A stretch of DNA of 63,340 bases, counting the filler, from Octopus bimaculoides (lineage: Eukaryota): NCBI RefSeq assembly GCF_001194135.2. It is 4 parts of 4 records of this genome, joined end to end, with 100 filler letters (N's around TTAATTAATTAA, not from the genome) between each part and the next. Parts side by side here need not be neighbours in the genome. Positions count along the whole stretch, not along the records: positions 1 to 14,950 come from NC_069001.1; 3 more parts are not named here. One strand, 5' to 3'. Position numbers and translations under genes: made by a program. Under the pieces are notes generated by a model. The model had not been told where the DNA came from. It was given only the letters and a program-made list of their open reading frames with translations, and searched no databases. Positions within the stretch are counted from its first letter, which is position 1. The number at the start of each line of letters is the position of its first letter. Positions 1-11,759 of the stretch are shown here, one piece after another.

Positions 1-53
<53 letters not shown>

Positions 54-253
54 CGTATAAGATACGTACGTTAGCATGCGTATAACCCTACATACATATT
101 TACATAGTCATAAACAAACGTAGAAACCCGTTCGTCTCCGCTCAATTTCCACCCAGAGCCACCTAACCGACCATTCACCACAGCGTTTCCTTTCAATGCG
201 TATATGTTAGCATAAACACATACCCGGATGTTCAGTCTAGTAGATACAGCCTT

Positions 254-388
254 ATGATGTTGTCGTCGTCGTTGTTGTTGTTGCATTCGTTTTTGTTGTT
301 GCTGATTGATATGATTTTCAATTTTCTTCACATCAAGCATTTACATTTACGCAACTTTTACAACAGCAACAACAGGAACAACAACAAC

Positions 389-455
<67 letters not shown>

Positions 456-490
456 GTAATAATAATAATGATGATGATGATGATGATAAT
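254..490. repeat. Compound trinucleotide microsatellite (GTT/AAC/AAT/GAT)n
   Basis: Direct reading; it explains the poly-N, poly-Y and poly-H ORFs in the track. Confidence 0.95.
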
Positions 491-1118
491 CCTTAGATCG
501 ATATTTCAAAATATTTTCATATCGCGCTAAATGCGTGCAGAAAGAGAGTGTGTGCATGTGGACATACATCTATGTATATGTGTGTGTTTATATAAAATAG
601 GTTATAACTAGAGAATAACGGGGTTTATTTTTAAGTAATACCTTTAATAAAATCTATTTATATATGTTATTTACAGTTCTGGGGGGGGGGTATTTNNNNN
701 NNNNNNNNNNNNNNNNNNNNNNNNNNNNNNNNNNNNNNNNNNNNNNNNNNNNNNNNNNNNNNNNNNNNNNNNNNNNNNNNNNNNNNNNNNNNNNNNNNNN
801 NNNNNNNNNNNNNNNNNNNNNNNNNNNNNNNNNNNNNNNNNNNNNNNNNNNNNNNNNNNNNNNNNNNNNNNNNNNNNNNNNNNNNNNNNNNNNNNNNNNN
901 NNNNNNNNNNNNNNNNNNNNNNNNNNNNNNNNNNNNNNNNNNNNNNNNNNNNNNNNNNNNNNNNNNNNNNNNNNNNNNNNNNNNNNNNNNNNGTTTATAT
1001 TGTAATAATGTGTTTGTGGTTCTATTTCTTTCGAACGTAGAGATGCTTACACATAAAACATTTACATGATTTTATTTCCTTTTATAAAAACTAAGTAACT
1101 TTTGATTAAATTCTCAAC

Positions 1119-1545
1119 GAGTAGCTGTGTAGTAAGTAGCTTGCTTACCGACCACATGATTCCAGGTTCATTCCCACTGCGTGGCACCTTGGGCAAGTGT
1201 CTTCTACTTTAGCCTCGAGCCGACCAAAGCCTTGTGTGTAGATTTGGTAGACAGAAACTGAAAGAAGCCTGTCGTATATATGTATATGTATATGTATGTA
1301 TGTGTGTGTATATGTTTGGGTGTCTGTGTTTGTCCCCCCAACATCGCTTGACAACCGATGGCGGTGTGTCTATGCCCCCGTAACTTAGCGGTTCGGCAAA
1401 AGAGACCGATAGAATAAGTACTAGGCTTCCAAAGAATAAGTCCTGGGGTCGATTTGCTCGACTAAAAGGCGGTGCTCCAGCATGGCCGCAGTCAAATGAC
1501 TGAAACAAGTAAAAGAGTAAAAGAGTAAAAGAGTAAGAGTAAAAG
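1119..1545 (+). mobile_element. tRNA-derived SINE, family A, near full length
   Basis: tRNA-like head with A-box-like (tagctgtgtag) and B-box-like (ggttcattccc) motifs, a central (TA/TG)n, the conserved 3' block aaggcggtgctccagcatggccgcagtcaaatgactgaaacaag and an (agtaaaag)n tail. Shared with more than 10 other copies in the window. It resembles described octopus tRNA SINEs, but the exact family name is not verified. Confidence 0.9.
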
Positions 1546-1964
1546 AATATACATTACTACGGATAATAAATAATGACTATAGTATAATTTATGAAATTAA
1601 TTATAATATTATTTAGTGTCGGCATGATTGAGATGAAGGATATTTTTGTCAGAAAATTGTTTTGTGTATGTTGAAATGTTCTAAATAGTATAGAACTGAC
1701 AGTCAATATTTACTGTTTTACAATAGATTAATAACGAATTATTTCTGTTTTAAAATACTAACATGCAGAAATATACTTAAATTAATATTCTTAAATATAC
1801 ACACACGTATTTTATAACCGTTATATTAGTTTTTATTTTATTTTATTTTATTTTATTTTATTTAGTATTTTTTAAATTAATTATTGACGCAAACACTTAC
1901 AAACATAAACATATATTGATTCAATCTGTTTTGGGATTTTAAACTCCTCATAAGTGATTTTCGT

Positions 1965-2052
1965 CCGTTACCCTGATGAGATTCTTACACCCCCAAAATA
2001 TGAATTTTATTGTTGGTTTTTGGGTTTGAATCGAAACAATTGTAGGGATTTT
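1965..2052 (+). ncRNA. Minimal type I hammerhead ribozyme-like motif
   Basis: CTGATGA (1973-79), stem II GATTC/GAATC (1980-84 and 2028-32), GAAA (2033-36), palindromic stem III ACAATTGT, GUA triplet. Stem I has only 2 WC pairs (cc/gg) before a mismatch. Confidence 0.6.
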
Positions 2053-2118
2053 ATTTATATTTATTTTTATATTTTTATATTATTTAATAATAATATTATA
2101 TTATGTTAATAAATTAAC

Positions 2119-2488
2119 ATAGGCGCAGGAGTGGCTCTGTGGTAAGTAGCTTGCTTACCAGCCACATGGTTCCGGGTTCAGTCCCACTGCGTGGCACTTT
2201 GGGTAAGTGTCTTCTACTATAGCCTCGGGCCGACCAAAGCCTTGTGAGTGGACTTGGTAGACGGAAACTGAAAGAAGCCCGTCGTATATATGTATATATA
2301 TATATGTGTGTTTGTGTGTCTGTGTTTGTCCCCCCACCATCGCTTGACAACCGATGCTGGTGTGTTTACGTCCCCGTAACCTAGCGGTTCGGCAAAAAGA
2401 GACCGATAGAATAAGTACTAGGCTTACAAAGAATAAGTCCTGGGGTCGATTTCCTCGACTAAAGGCGGTGCTCCAGCATAGCCGCAGT
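2119..2488 (+). mobile_element. tRNA-derived SINE, family A (3' end in gap)
   Basis: Head aggcgcaggagtggctctgtggtaag...ggttcagtcccactgcg; highly similar to the 1119-1545 copy. Confidence 0.92.
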
Positions 2489-4216
2489 NNNNNNNNNNNN
2501 NNNNNNNNNNNNNNNNNNNNNNNNNNNNNNNNNNNNNNNNNNNNNNNNNNNNNNNNNNNNNNNNNNNNNNNNNNNNNNNNNNNNNNNNNNNNNNNNNNNN
2601 NNNNNNNNNNNNNNNNNNNNNNNNNNNNNNNNNNNNNNNNNNNNNNNNNNNNNNNNNNNNNNNNNNNNNNNNNNNNNNNNNNNNNNNNNNNNNNNNNNNN
2701 NNNNNNNNNNNNNNNNNNNNNNNNNNNNNNNNNNNNNNNNNNNNNNNNNNNNNNNNNNNNNNNNNNNNNNNNNNNNNNNNNNNNNNNNNNNNNNNNNNNN
2801 NNNNNNNNNNNNNNNNNNNNNNNNNNNNNNNNNNNNNNNNNNNNNNNNNNNNNNNNNNNNNNNNNNNNNNNNNNNNNNNNNNNNNNNNNNNNNNNNNNNN
2901 NNNNNNNNNNNNNNNNNNNNNNNNNNNNNNNNNNNNNNNNNNNNNNNNNNNNNNNNNNNNNNNNNNNNNNNNNNNNNNNNNNNNNNNNNNNNNNNNNNNN
3001 NNNNNNNNNNNNNNNNNNNNNNNNNNNNNNNNNNNNNNNNNNNNNNNNNNNNNNNNNNNNNNNNNNNNNNNNNNNNNNNNNNNNNNNNNNNNNNNNNNNN
3101 NNNNNNNNNNNNNNNNNNNNNNNNNNNNNNNNNNNNNNNNNNNNNNNNNNNNNNNNNNNNNNNNNNAGAGAGAGAGAGAGAGAGAGAATAATTACTATGA
3201 AGCATTGTGTGGAATATATTGTATAAAAGATCGTGGGTAAGACCAAAACAATGCGAAGTAAATGCAAGGTAAATCACAAGAAAACAAATATGTGAATTAA
3301 TGTCACTTTCTCTCCCTCACTCTTCCTCCTTTGCTCGCGTGGCCATCGGCCATTTTTCTTTCTTCTCCTAACTTGTGTTTCTTTCATCCTGTTGCAGCAA
3401 ACAGTTGTTGAAAATTAGATGTAACTGCAGGCTGACCTGACTATTCAGGTTTTAAAATTTAAATTAAATTAATAAAAGAGTTAGGATTTAATTGAAGTTG
3501 AAGTTTCTAAATTTGTTATTACGGTAAACAAAGATATAGAAGATTAGAGTAAACTTGCAGAGTAATGTGTTATACCAAACCAATTATGATGATGGAGCAT
3601 CAACATGAAGAACAGCAATATCAATAATATCAATATCAATAATATTAATAAAATAACAATAAGATAATCTTCAAAAATAATAACAGAAATAACAATGCCA
3701 ATAACCATGGGGTAATAATAAAATGATAAGAGGGTAATGGTCCCAATACTGGATGAAAGTAAAGGTTAAAAAATTAAAGTTAAAATAAAATATCAAAATC
3801 TTAAAAGAATAACACATGATAAATAAAATAAAATAAAATTTTTAAAATAATTTTATGAAAATTTTTTTAAAGTTTTTAAATAATTTGAAACTCATGGAAA
3901 TATATCTATAATAATGATAATATAAATAAAAGTAATCCCATTTCTAACAACATCTCTAAATCTAACAATAATCATATCCTCATAATGAGAGCTTTCATGA
4001 CGTATAAAAGTAGTCTACTTTCACTCTCTAACAATATTCCACTAATATGCTAGATTAAAAACTGAAAATTACTGTCTTAGACTGACCCATGTCCACGAAA
4101 AGCCCATATCAAATTCCAATCCAATGGCTGGAGAATATCTAACCTATGTACAATGCTAATACGGTAATGAGTGCTGACCCATGTTTGTGACTGACACTCT
4201 TCCAAATTTTACAAAG

Positions 4217-4280
<64 letters not shown>

Positions 4281-4800
4281 ACTACTACTATTACCACTAC
4301 TACTACTATTTATACTACTATTACTTCTGCCACTTCCCTCCTCCCTTTTACTTCCTCCTACCCTCTCTTCCCCTGTTTTCTGTTCTATTTGAATATCCCC
4401 ATCTCCCCACCTTTCTCCACCACACTAGCCATTCATCAGAAATGGCTCTGACGAAAGTAGCATTAATTTTCATAGGTCATTCAATTTACCTCAATTGATG
4501 ATTAGACCAATTGAGTAAACCTATCAGTAATGTACCTATAACGACTACTGGAAACATCTCCAAAAAAGGAATTATATGACCATGATCTTTTATTTGTTTC
4601 TTATAAAACCAACCTATTGGGAGCCCGCCACGCATTTACAACATATAATTGTGATGAACCATAACTTGGATCCCGATTAAAAGGTTACTTGGAATTCTTC
4701 ACTAATCTAACTAATTTTGTTAACCTGGTGTGCCAACAGAGAACTTATGAAATATTTTGCCCGGATTGATAATCCCTTGCTATTTGTTATATGCATTTGT

Positions 4801-4892
<92 letters not shown>

Positions 4893-5234
4893 CATACATA
4901 GTTATTATTATATAACTATATATATTATATACGCAAGAGACAAATGTTTATGACTGTGTGTAATATATACGTTATATACACAAGGTCTTGGCTAATTGTT
5001 ATATACACAAAGATCTTGGCTAATTTGTTTATTTTTACCCATGATTATGATGTTCACTCATGGATAAAAATGAGCGATATTTTTACTCACTCATTGGGTA
5101 ATATTGTCAGAACTGATGCAATGCCTGTAAACGCTCACAAACGAAACTTCCCGCATCTTATAGAACACAGTAGATATTCTGGGAAAAAATCCTTTTTATT
5201 CAAAATATCTGGAAAATTATTCAATTGAGTTAAA

Positions 5235-5437
5235 TGTGTTGTAAACTTTTGCGTTTTGAATTTCAACTTCTTTCCATCTAATTTTTTTTCCGTTCATTAT
5301 TATGTAATTCTGATTGCTACATTGAATTTATTACAAAAAAAACTTCAGAAATTGTGGAAATTTCATTAATCTACGTTAACTCAATATATGTAAGCCTGGA
5401 TTTTTTACTGTGTTGTAAACTTTTGCGGGTCACTGTA
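5235..5437. mobile_element. Orphan Tc1-like terminal repeat of IR/DR type
   Basis: Ends ...gggtcactg|TA, so the reverse complement reads TA|CAGTGACCCGCAAAAGTTTACAACACA. A perfect 19-nt direct repeat tgtgttgtaaacttttgcg lies at 5235-5253 and 5409-5427. Confidence 0.55.
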
Positions 5438-5515
5438 TATGTACGCGTGTGTATGAGTGTAAGATAGTTACGCAGCATATATATACACGTTTATTTGCAA
5501 AAGTATATAGAAAAA

Positions 5516-5612
5516 TTAGTACTTGGGGTCAAGTAGTTCCACTAAACACATAAAGAATGGCGCCCCAAGCATGGCCACAGTCCAATGACAGAAACAAGTA
5601 AAAGATAAGAGA
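5516..5612 (+). mobile_element. SINE family A, 3' tail fragment
   Basis: ggcgccccaagcatggccacagtccaatgacagaaacaagtaaaagataa matches the family A tail. Confidence 0.75.
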
Positions 5613-5639
5613 TATATGTGTGTGGCACACACACACACA

Positions 5640-5683
<44 letters not shown>

Positions 5684-5869
5684 TATATATATTTGTGGGT
5701 TAACAAGGCTACCAATGGTTTTTATGCAAACTAAGTTTCTCATTTGATACGCTTGAAAATTGCTAAGAGATTTCTCCTTACATGAAACCACTGGTACCCT
5801 TGTTAACCCACAAATAAAGAATATTTATCGACCAATGCAATGTTGAGCATTCATTCTCCCTGTTTGATA

Positions 5870-7106
5870 TACGACGAGGAACCCAAAAGAAATCGGAATT
5901 TTGCAATATTATTCTAATCGCTTAGTTTTACATGTTTACATTTTTATCGCCTTCAAAGTATTCTATATTTGAAGCAATATATTGTTCCAGACGCGTTTTG
6001 CACTATTTGAAGCAGTCCTGCTTTTTAACACCTTTGTGGGTTTTTTCTTCACCTCTTCCACATCTGCAAAACGTTTTCCTTTAAGAACTTTTTCATTCAG
6101 GGAACAAAAAATGTCGCAGCTAGCAAGATCGAATGAATAGAGAGCGTGGGTAAGCGGAGTTATGCCATTTTTAGCGTAAACCTGTCTCACACTCGAGACG
6201 GTGTGTGCAGGTGCATTGTCGTGATGAAACCACCACTCTTCACTTTGATACAGATCGGAGCGTCTCGCAAATGCTCCAAAACTGCCAAGTAAAATGTCTG
6301 GTTAACAGTTTGACCAGGAGGAACAAAATCTATGTGGACAATTCCTTTTGCAGCGATGAAACAAATCAGCATCGTCTCGACATTGGACTTCACTTGACGC
6401 GTTTATCTGGGGGTGTGGTGACATTGAATGCTTCTATTGACTTGATTGCTGCTTCGTTTCCGGGTTGTAACTATAGCATCAGCTTTCGTCACCAGTGATG
6501 ACCTTTGAATAAAAGTTCGGATCAACTTCCAACTGTTTCAATTCACGACATGCATTCAGTTGTGACTGCTTTTGATCTTCCGTGAACAAACGAGGCACAA
6601 ATTTTGCTGCAACTCTTTTCATTTGCAATTCCTCGCTCAAGAGTCGTTCAAGATTTGTTGGCAGGAGCTCCAGGACACGCTAGTCATATCAACAAGTTTG
6701 TTTATTGTTCGGTGCCGTCCTCCAAGATCAGTTCGTGAATTTTGATCCTCAAACGATAAGTGACCATTTCTAAAGCGTGGAACCAACTCGTAAACTTCTG
6801 TTTTGCTCATGGCAGCATCTGTGTAAGCTGTTTGAAGCATGACATGTGTTGCAGCCGGCGTTTTCCCCAGCAGAAAATAGAATTTCAAGAAAGCACGTTG
6901 TTCCTTCATTTCAGCCATCACAAAAATCGACGAACACAGGAGAAGTACTGCAAAACAAAGACGCACCTCGTGGCAGTATGACCCGTTAGGACAACGCCGG
7001 TCGGCAGACTGATGCCTGAGGGTTGCATCAAGTGGATTCTAGCGGTAGAAGCCTGAACTACAACGGGTTTGTCCCACAGAATGTTTCTGGTTACTTTCGG
7101 ATATCC

Positions 7107-7111
<5 letters not shown>
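5870..7111 (-). mobile_element. Degenerate mariner (DD34D) DNA transposon
   Basis: Degenerate TIRs (tacgacgaggaacccaaaagaaatcggaa versus tatggggatatccgaaagtaaccagaa), flanked by TA, enclose transposase fragments. Confidence 0.9.
5963..6918 (-). pseudogene. Mariner transposase pseudogene
   Basis: MAEMKEQRAFLKFYFLLGKT (HTH region), GIVHIDFVPPGQTVNQTFYL, and WFHHDNAPAH...YSFDLASCD with 34 residues between the 2nd and 3rd Asp. Frameshifts and deletions present. Confidence 0.9.
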
Positions 7112-7172
<61 letters not shown>

Positions 7173-7418
7173 AATATATATATATATGCATATATACATA
7201 CGTATATGTACATACTTACATCAATACGTATATATTTATATGCATATGTGGCCACAGTTCGTCATGAAACGTGTACAACAAACAAATACGAAGCACGAGT
7301 AGATGGAACAAGAATTATTCTTTCGAACAACAAAAGACACAAATGAAAAACAAAACAAATAACATAAAGAACGACCCTTCATCAGTTGTTGGCTGCTTTT
7401 CTAGTCTCGTATTTTGAG

Positions 7419-7462
<44 letters not shown>

Positions 7463-7529
7463 TACATATATATGCACTACACACTCGTAAATATACATCA
7501 AGATATATATATATATATATATACATGCT

Positions 7530-7563
<34 letters not shown>

Positions 7564-7687
7564 AGTATTTGTTTGTTGGCGTGTGAGAGAGAAAGTGTGT
7601 GTCTCTGTGTGTATGTGAGAGTTAACTGCTTTTTCATTATGGTACATACTTGTGTATAAGTCGCATCATTAGATATATTGCCTCCCC

Positions 7688-7733
<46 letters not shown>

Positions 7734-7743
7734 NNNNNNNNNN

Positions 7744-7787
<44 letters not shown>

Positions 7788-8289
7788 CGCAGGCAAATAT
7801 TTCACATACAGCATTATTGGCTCAGTAATTGACTCACATATAAGTAATAAACTGTGTTTAACAATATTTATTTATGTTTTGAGGAAATATCCATCAAAAC
7901 TTTGAAGCTAAATATTAAATAATTTCCCTCTAGCCTTATTATAATGATGATTATGCGACGATATGTATATACGTGTAATCCATCTTTCCTTTTATCACCC
8001 GCCTTAATATGTTGAGTCAAACTATAGAAATTTATATTTGAAATAATTTCAGGAACTAAACGGAACCGAATTAAGATATGCCGTAACCTGGGAACGAAAC
8101 AAGTTGCTTATTTTAATCCTGAGTTACGGTATGCATATTGAATTCGTGAGTGTTTAAGTGTCTCTCTCTCTCTCTGTGTATGTGTGTGAGACGTAATAGA
8201 AAGAAAGGATTGTATTGGTCATACATGCATACTTATCAACATATACACACATAAACATACACGTTCACGCACACACATGCACGCGAACA

Positions 8290-8323
<34 letters not shown>

Positions 8324-8667
8324 CACACATTTATTACCATGCACATACACACACAGATACACATATCTGTGTAATGTGTGAGTTTATGCGCGTGTTCGCA
8401 CTCGCGTGGATTACGCTTAGAGTAGATTTTTTTTTTAAATTACAGTTAAAATTGAATTCAGTGATTAAAATCAAAAAGCGTGAGAGATTATGTTACCTGA
8501 TCAATATACCTGATCAATAGATAAATATTGTTGGTTATGGAGGGAAAAAAAAAGATTTATGAATATATTTGTTGTTTTTCTTTGTTTATCAATGTGTGAT
8601 TGTGTGTGCACACAAACACATATATGAGTATGTTAGCATGTATCTATATGAGGATATATATATATGC

Positions 8668-8836
8668 ACAGACGCAGGAGTGGCTGTGTGGTAAGTAGCT
8701 TGTTTACCAACCACATGGTTCCGAGTTCAGTCCCACTGCATGGCACCTTGGGCAAGTGTCTTCTACTATAGCCTCGGGCTGACTAAAGATTTGTGAGTGG
8801 ATTTGGTAGACGGAAACTGAAAGAAGCCCGTCGTAT
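8668..8836 (+). mobile_element. SINE family A, 5' half
   Basis: gacgcaggagtggctgtgtggtaagtagc...gaaactgaaagaagcccgtcg. Confidence 0.88.
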
Positions 8837-8886
8837 ATTTATATGTATATAGCGGTGTACGTACACTTTGTCTCTTGTATATATGT

Positions 8887-8948
<62 letters not shown>

Positions 8949-9034
8949 CAGTATGTANNNNNNNNNNNNNNNNNNNNNNNNNNNNNNNNNNNNNNNNNNN
9001 NNNNNNNNNNNNNNNNNNNNNNNNNNNNNNNNNN

Positions 9035-9099
<65 letters not shown>

Positions 9100-9763
9100 C
9101 AGTATGTACCTATACCTGCGCACATATGTATGAATAACAGTTACAATAAATTACAATAGATCAAATCGCAACAGGTAAAAAAGCCAAGTAAAGACTGCCA
9201 TATTTGACAATCTGACAAGACGATTTTCTAATCTCATTTATCATCCTATCATTTTAGATTTCAATGATGTTTCCACTCTCTTACTCTTTTCTGTCAGTTT
9301 CTGTTATATCCACTATAATCTTTGTGTCCTTTACCACAACTTTATTCTAATCTTTAATCAAAATCTTTTACGTTTTTAAGCCAGGAAGGAAGACACATTT
9401 CTTACTTTTAGTTCTTAGAGTTAGACACGAATTTAAAGAATATTTCATTTCTTTTTGTATTTCTTATTCTTCGCGCTTCAGTCGCGCCCTCATTCAGGTG
9501 TATGTTTGTATGTATGTATGTATGTATGTATGTATGTATGTATGTATGTATGTATGTATGTATGCATGTATGTGTGCATGTATGTATATATGCATGTATG
9601 TATGTATGCATGCATGCATGCATGTATGTATGTATAAATGAAAAAATGCATTGTAAATAAACAACGACAGATAAAAAATGTATACGTATAAGACACAGAG
9701 GGTCCCTAATTTTTCATTAGTCAACAACCAGAATTTTTCATCAGTCATCAACAGAATACTCAC

Positions 9764-9798
9764 TTTCGCACTTTTGATAATAAGAGGGAGCTTCCCAT
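9764..9798 (-). CDS. Candidate first coding exon, MGSSLLLSKVR(K/N), phase 2
   Basis: Strong start context ccgccaagATGG at 9798 and a consensus donor AA|GTGAGT (9763-9758) in a CpG-rich zone. No downstream partner exon identified. Confidence 0.4.
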
Positions 9799-10086
9799 CT
9801 TGGCGGTGCCTGCGAAGGACGCAGAGAATCTAGCTTCAAGCAAAAGTAAAGACACAGAGTGAACATACGAAAGTAAACAAATATAATATAAGGCAATGGA
9901 CAAAGACGAAACGAGAAAAATACGGCCTTGTAGCCAAAAGACAAGAATGGTGGGTAACGCTTAGAAAATCCTGAAGGATATAGACTACAGTAAATAGTAA
10001 GAAAGAGAAAGTTTTTTTGGTTTTTTTTGTGACCGAACCACTGGGCAGTCAGTGAGAAAGAGAGAATGAAGAAAAACAGGCCACGG

Positions 10087-10094
10087 GTCACGTG
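10087..10094. promoter_or_regulatory. E-box/CLEAR-like motif GTCACGTG
   Basis: Exact motif about 290 nt upstream of the candidate minus-strand ATG. Motif match only. Confidence 0.3.
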
Positions 10095-10745
10095 TCAGCA
10101 GAAAGCAGAGGAGAAAGGGAGAGAGAACAACAGAAAGAAGATAGACATAAAATAAGGGGNNNNNNNNNNNNNNNNNNNNNNNNNNNNNNNNNNNNNNNNN
10201 NNNNNNNNNNNNNNNNNNNNNNNNNNNNNNNNNNNNNNNNNNNNNNNNNNNNNNNNNNNNNNNNNNNNNNNNNNNNNNNNNNNNNNNNNNNNNNNNNNNN
10301 NNNNNNNNNNNNNNNNNNNNNNNNNNNNNNNNNNNNNNNNNNNNNNNNNNNNNNNNNNNNNNNNNNNNNNNNNNNNNNNNNNNNNNNNNNNNNNNNNNNN
10401 NNNNNNNNNNNNNNNNNNNNNNNNNNNNNNNNNNNNNNNNNNNNNNNNNNNNNNNNNNNNNNNNNNNNNNNNNNNNNNNNNNNNNNNNNNNNNNNNNNNN
10501 NNNNNNNNNNNNNNNNNNNNNNNNNNNNNNNNNNNNNNNNNNNNNNNNNNNNNNNNNNNNNNNNNNNNNNNNNNNNNNNNNNNNNNNNNNNNNNNNNNNN
10601 NNNNNNNNNNNNNNNNNNNNNNNNNNNNNNNNNNNNNNNNNNNNNNNNNNNNNNNNNNNNNNNNNNNNNNNNNGGGAGAGAGAGAGGAGAGAGAGAGGAG
10701 AGAGAGAGGCAGGCAGACAGACAGACAGACAGACAGACAGACTGG

Positions 10746-10800
<55 letters not shown>

Positions 10801-11009
10801 GGTTTCCATTTTACATGAGAAAGGTGTTTCTCATGAGAAAGGTGGTTCTAGCGGTTGGTAGAGTAACGACGGCAGCGACGGTTCGATGTTGAGGTGTAGT
10901 ATTGGCGAGGATTGTTGTTGTTGGTAGTTGTTATGCCTGGGTGTTGTGGTAACGAGGATGGTAGCGGATGTAGGAGTGAGGAAATGCACGCAGTAGGTTG
11001 CTCAGGTTG

Positions 11010-11028
11010 TGACGTGTAGCTGACGTCA
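11010..11028. promoter_or_regulatory. CRE palindrome TGACGTCA plus adjacent TGACGT half-site
   Basis: TGACGTCA at 11021-28 and TGACGT at 11010-15 within a CpG-rich, non-repetitive stretch. Confidence 0.4.
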
Positions 11029-11759
11029 CAGCAGAGGTCGTGTCATTCGGTTTAATTTCTTGCAGAAAAAGTGCCACCTTCACTTTCTAACATCTTGAGA
11101 GTCTCGTCCTTATTTTGTGACCCCACCGCCTCAGCGATGATGAAAACAGNNNNNNNNNNNNNNNNNNNNNNNNNNNNNNNNNNNNNNNNNNNNNNNNNNN
11201 NNNNNNNNNNNNNNNNNNNNNNNNNNNNNNNNNNNNNNNNNNNNNNNNNNNNNNNNNNNNNNNNNNNNNNNNNNNNNNNNNNNNNNNNNNNNNNNNNNNN
11301 NNNNNNNNNNNNNNNNNNNNNNNNNNNNNNNNNNNNNNNNNNNNNNNNNNNNNNNNNNNNNNNNNNNNNNNNNNNNNNNNNNNNNNNNNNNNNNNNNNNN
11401 NNNNNNNNNNNNNNNNNNNNNNNNNNNNNNNNNNNNNNNNNNNNNNNNNNNNNNNNNNNNNNNNNNNNNNNNNNNNNNNNNNNNNNNNNNNNNNNNNGAT
11501 GATGATGATGATGAAGAAGAAGAAGAAGAAGATGATGATGATGATGAAGAAGAAGAAGAAGAAGAAGAAGAAGAAGAAGAAGAAGAAGAAGAAGAAGAAG
11601 AAGACACATGAGTCAAAATTAATCGATGCAAATGAAGAGAACAACAGAAGGAGACATGCATCAGTTGCACAGTTTAATGCACAATCTATATTACAGATGC
11701 AACATATTTTGTATTTGCACTGAAAATTCCTCACACAAATCGATGAAGAATCAGTTGCC

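Noticed and set aside
7310-7390. Minus-strand CTGATGA followed later by CGAAA
   Set aside because: No stem II closing pair (A...C) and no stem III/UH; not a hammerhead as it stands.
7401-9700. Numerous ORFs of (HT)n, (CV)n, (YI)n and (MYV)n type here and throughout the window
   Set aside because: Translations of CA/TG, TA and TATG microsatellites or N-gaps.
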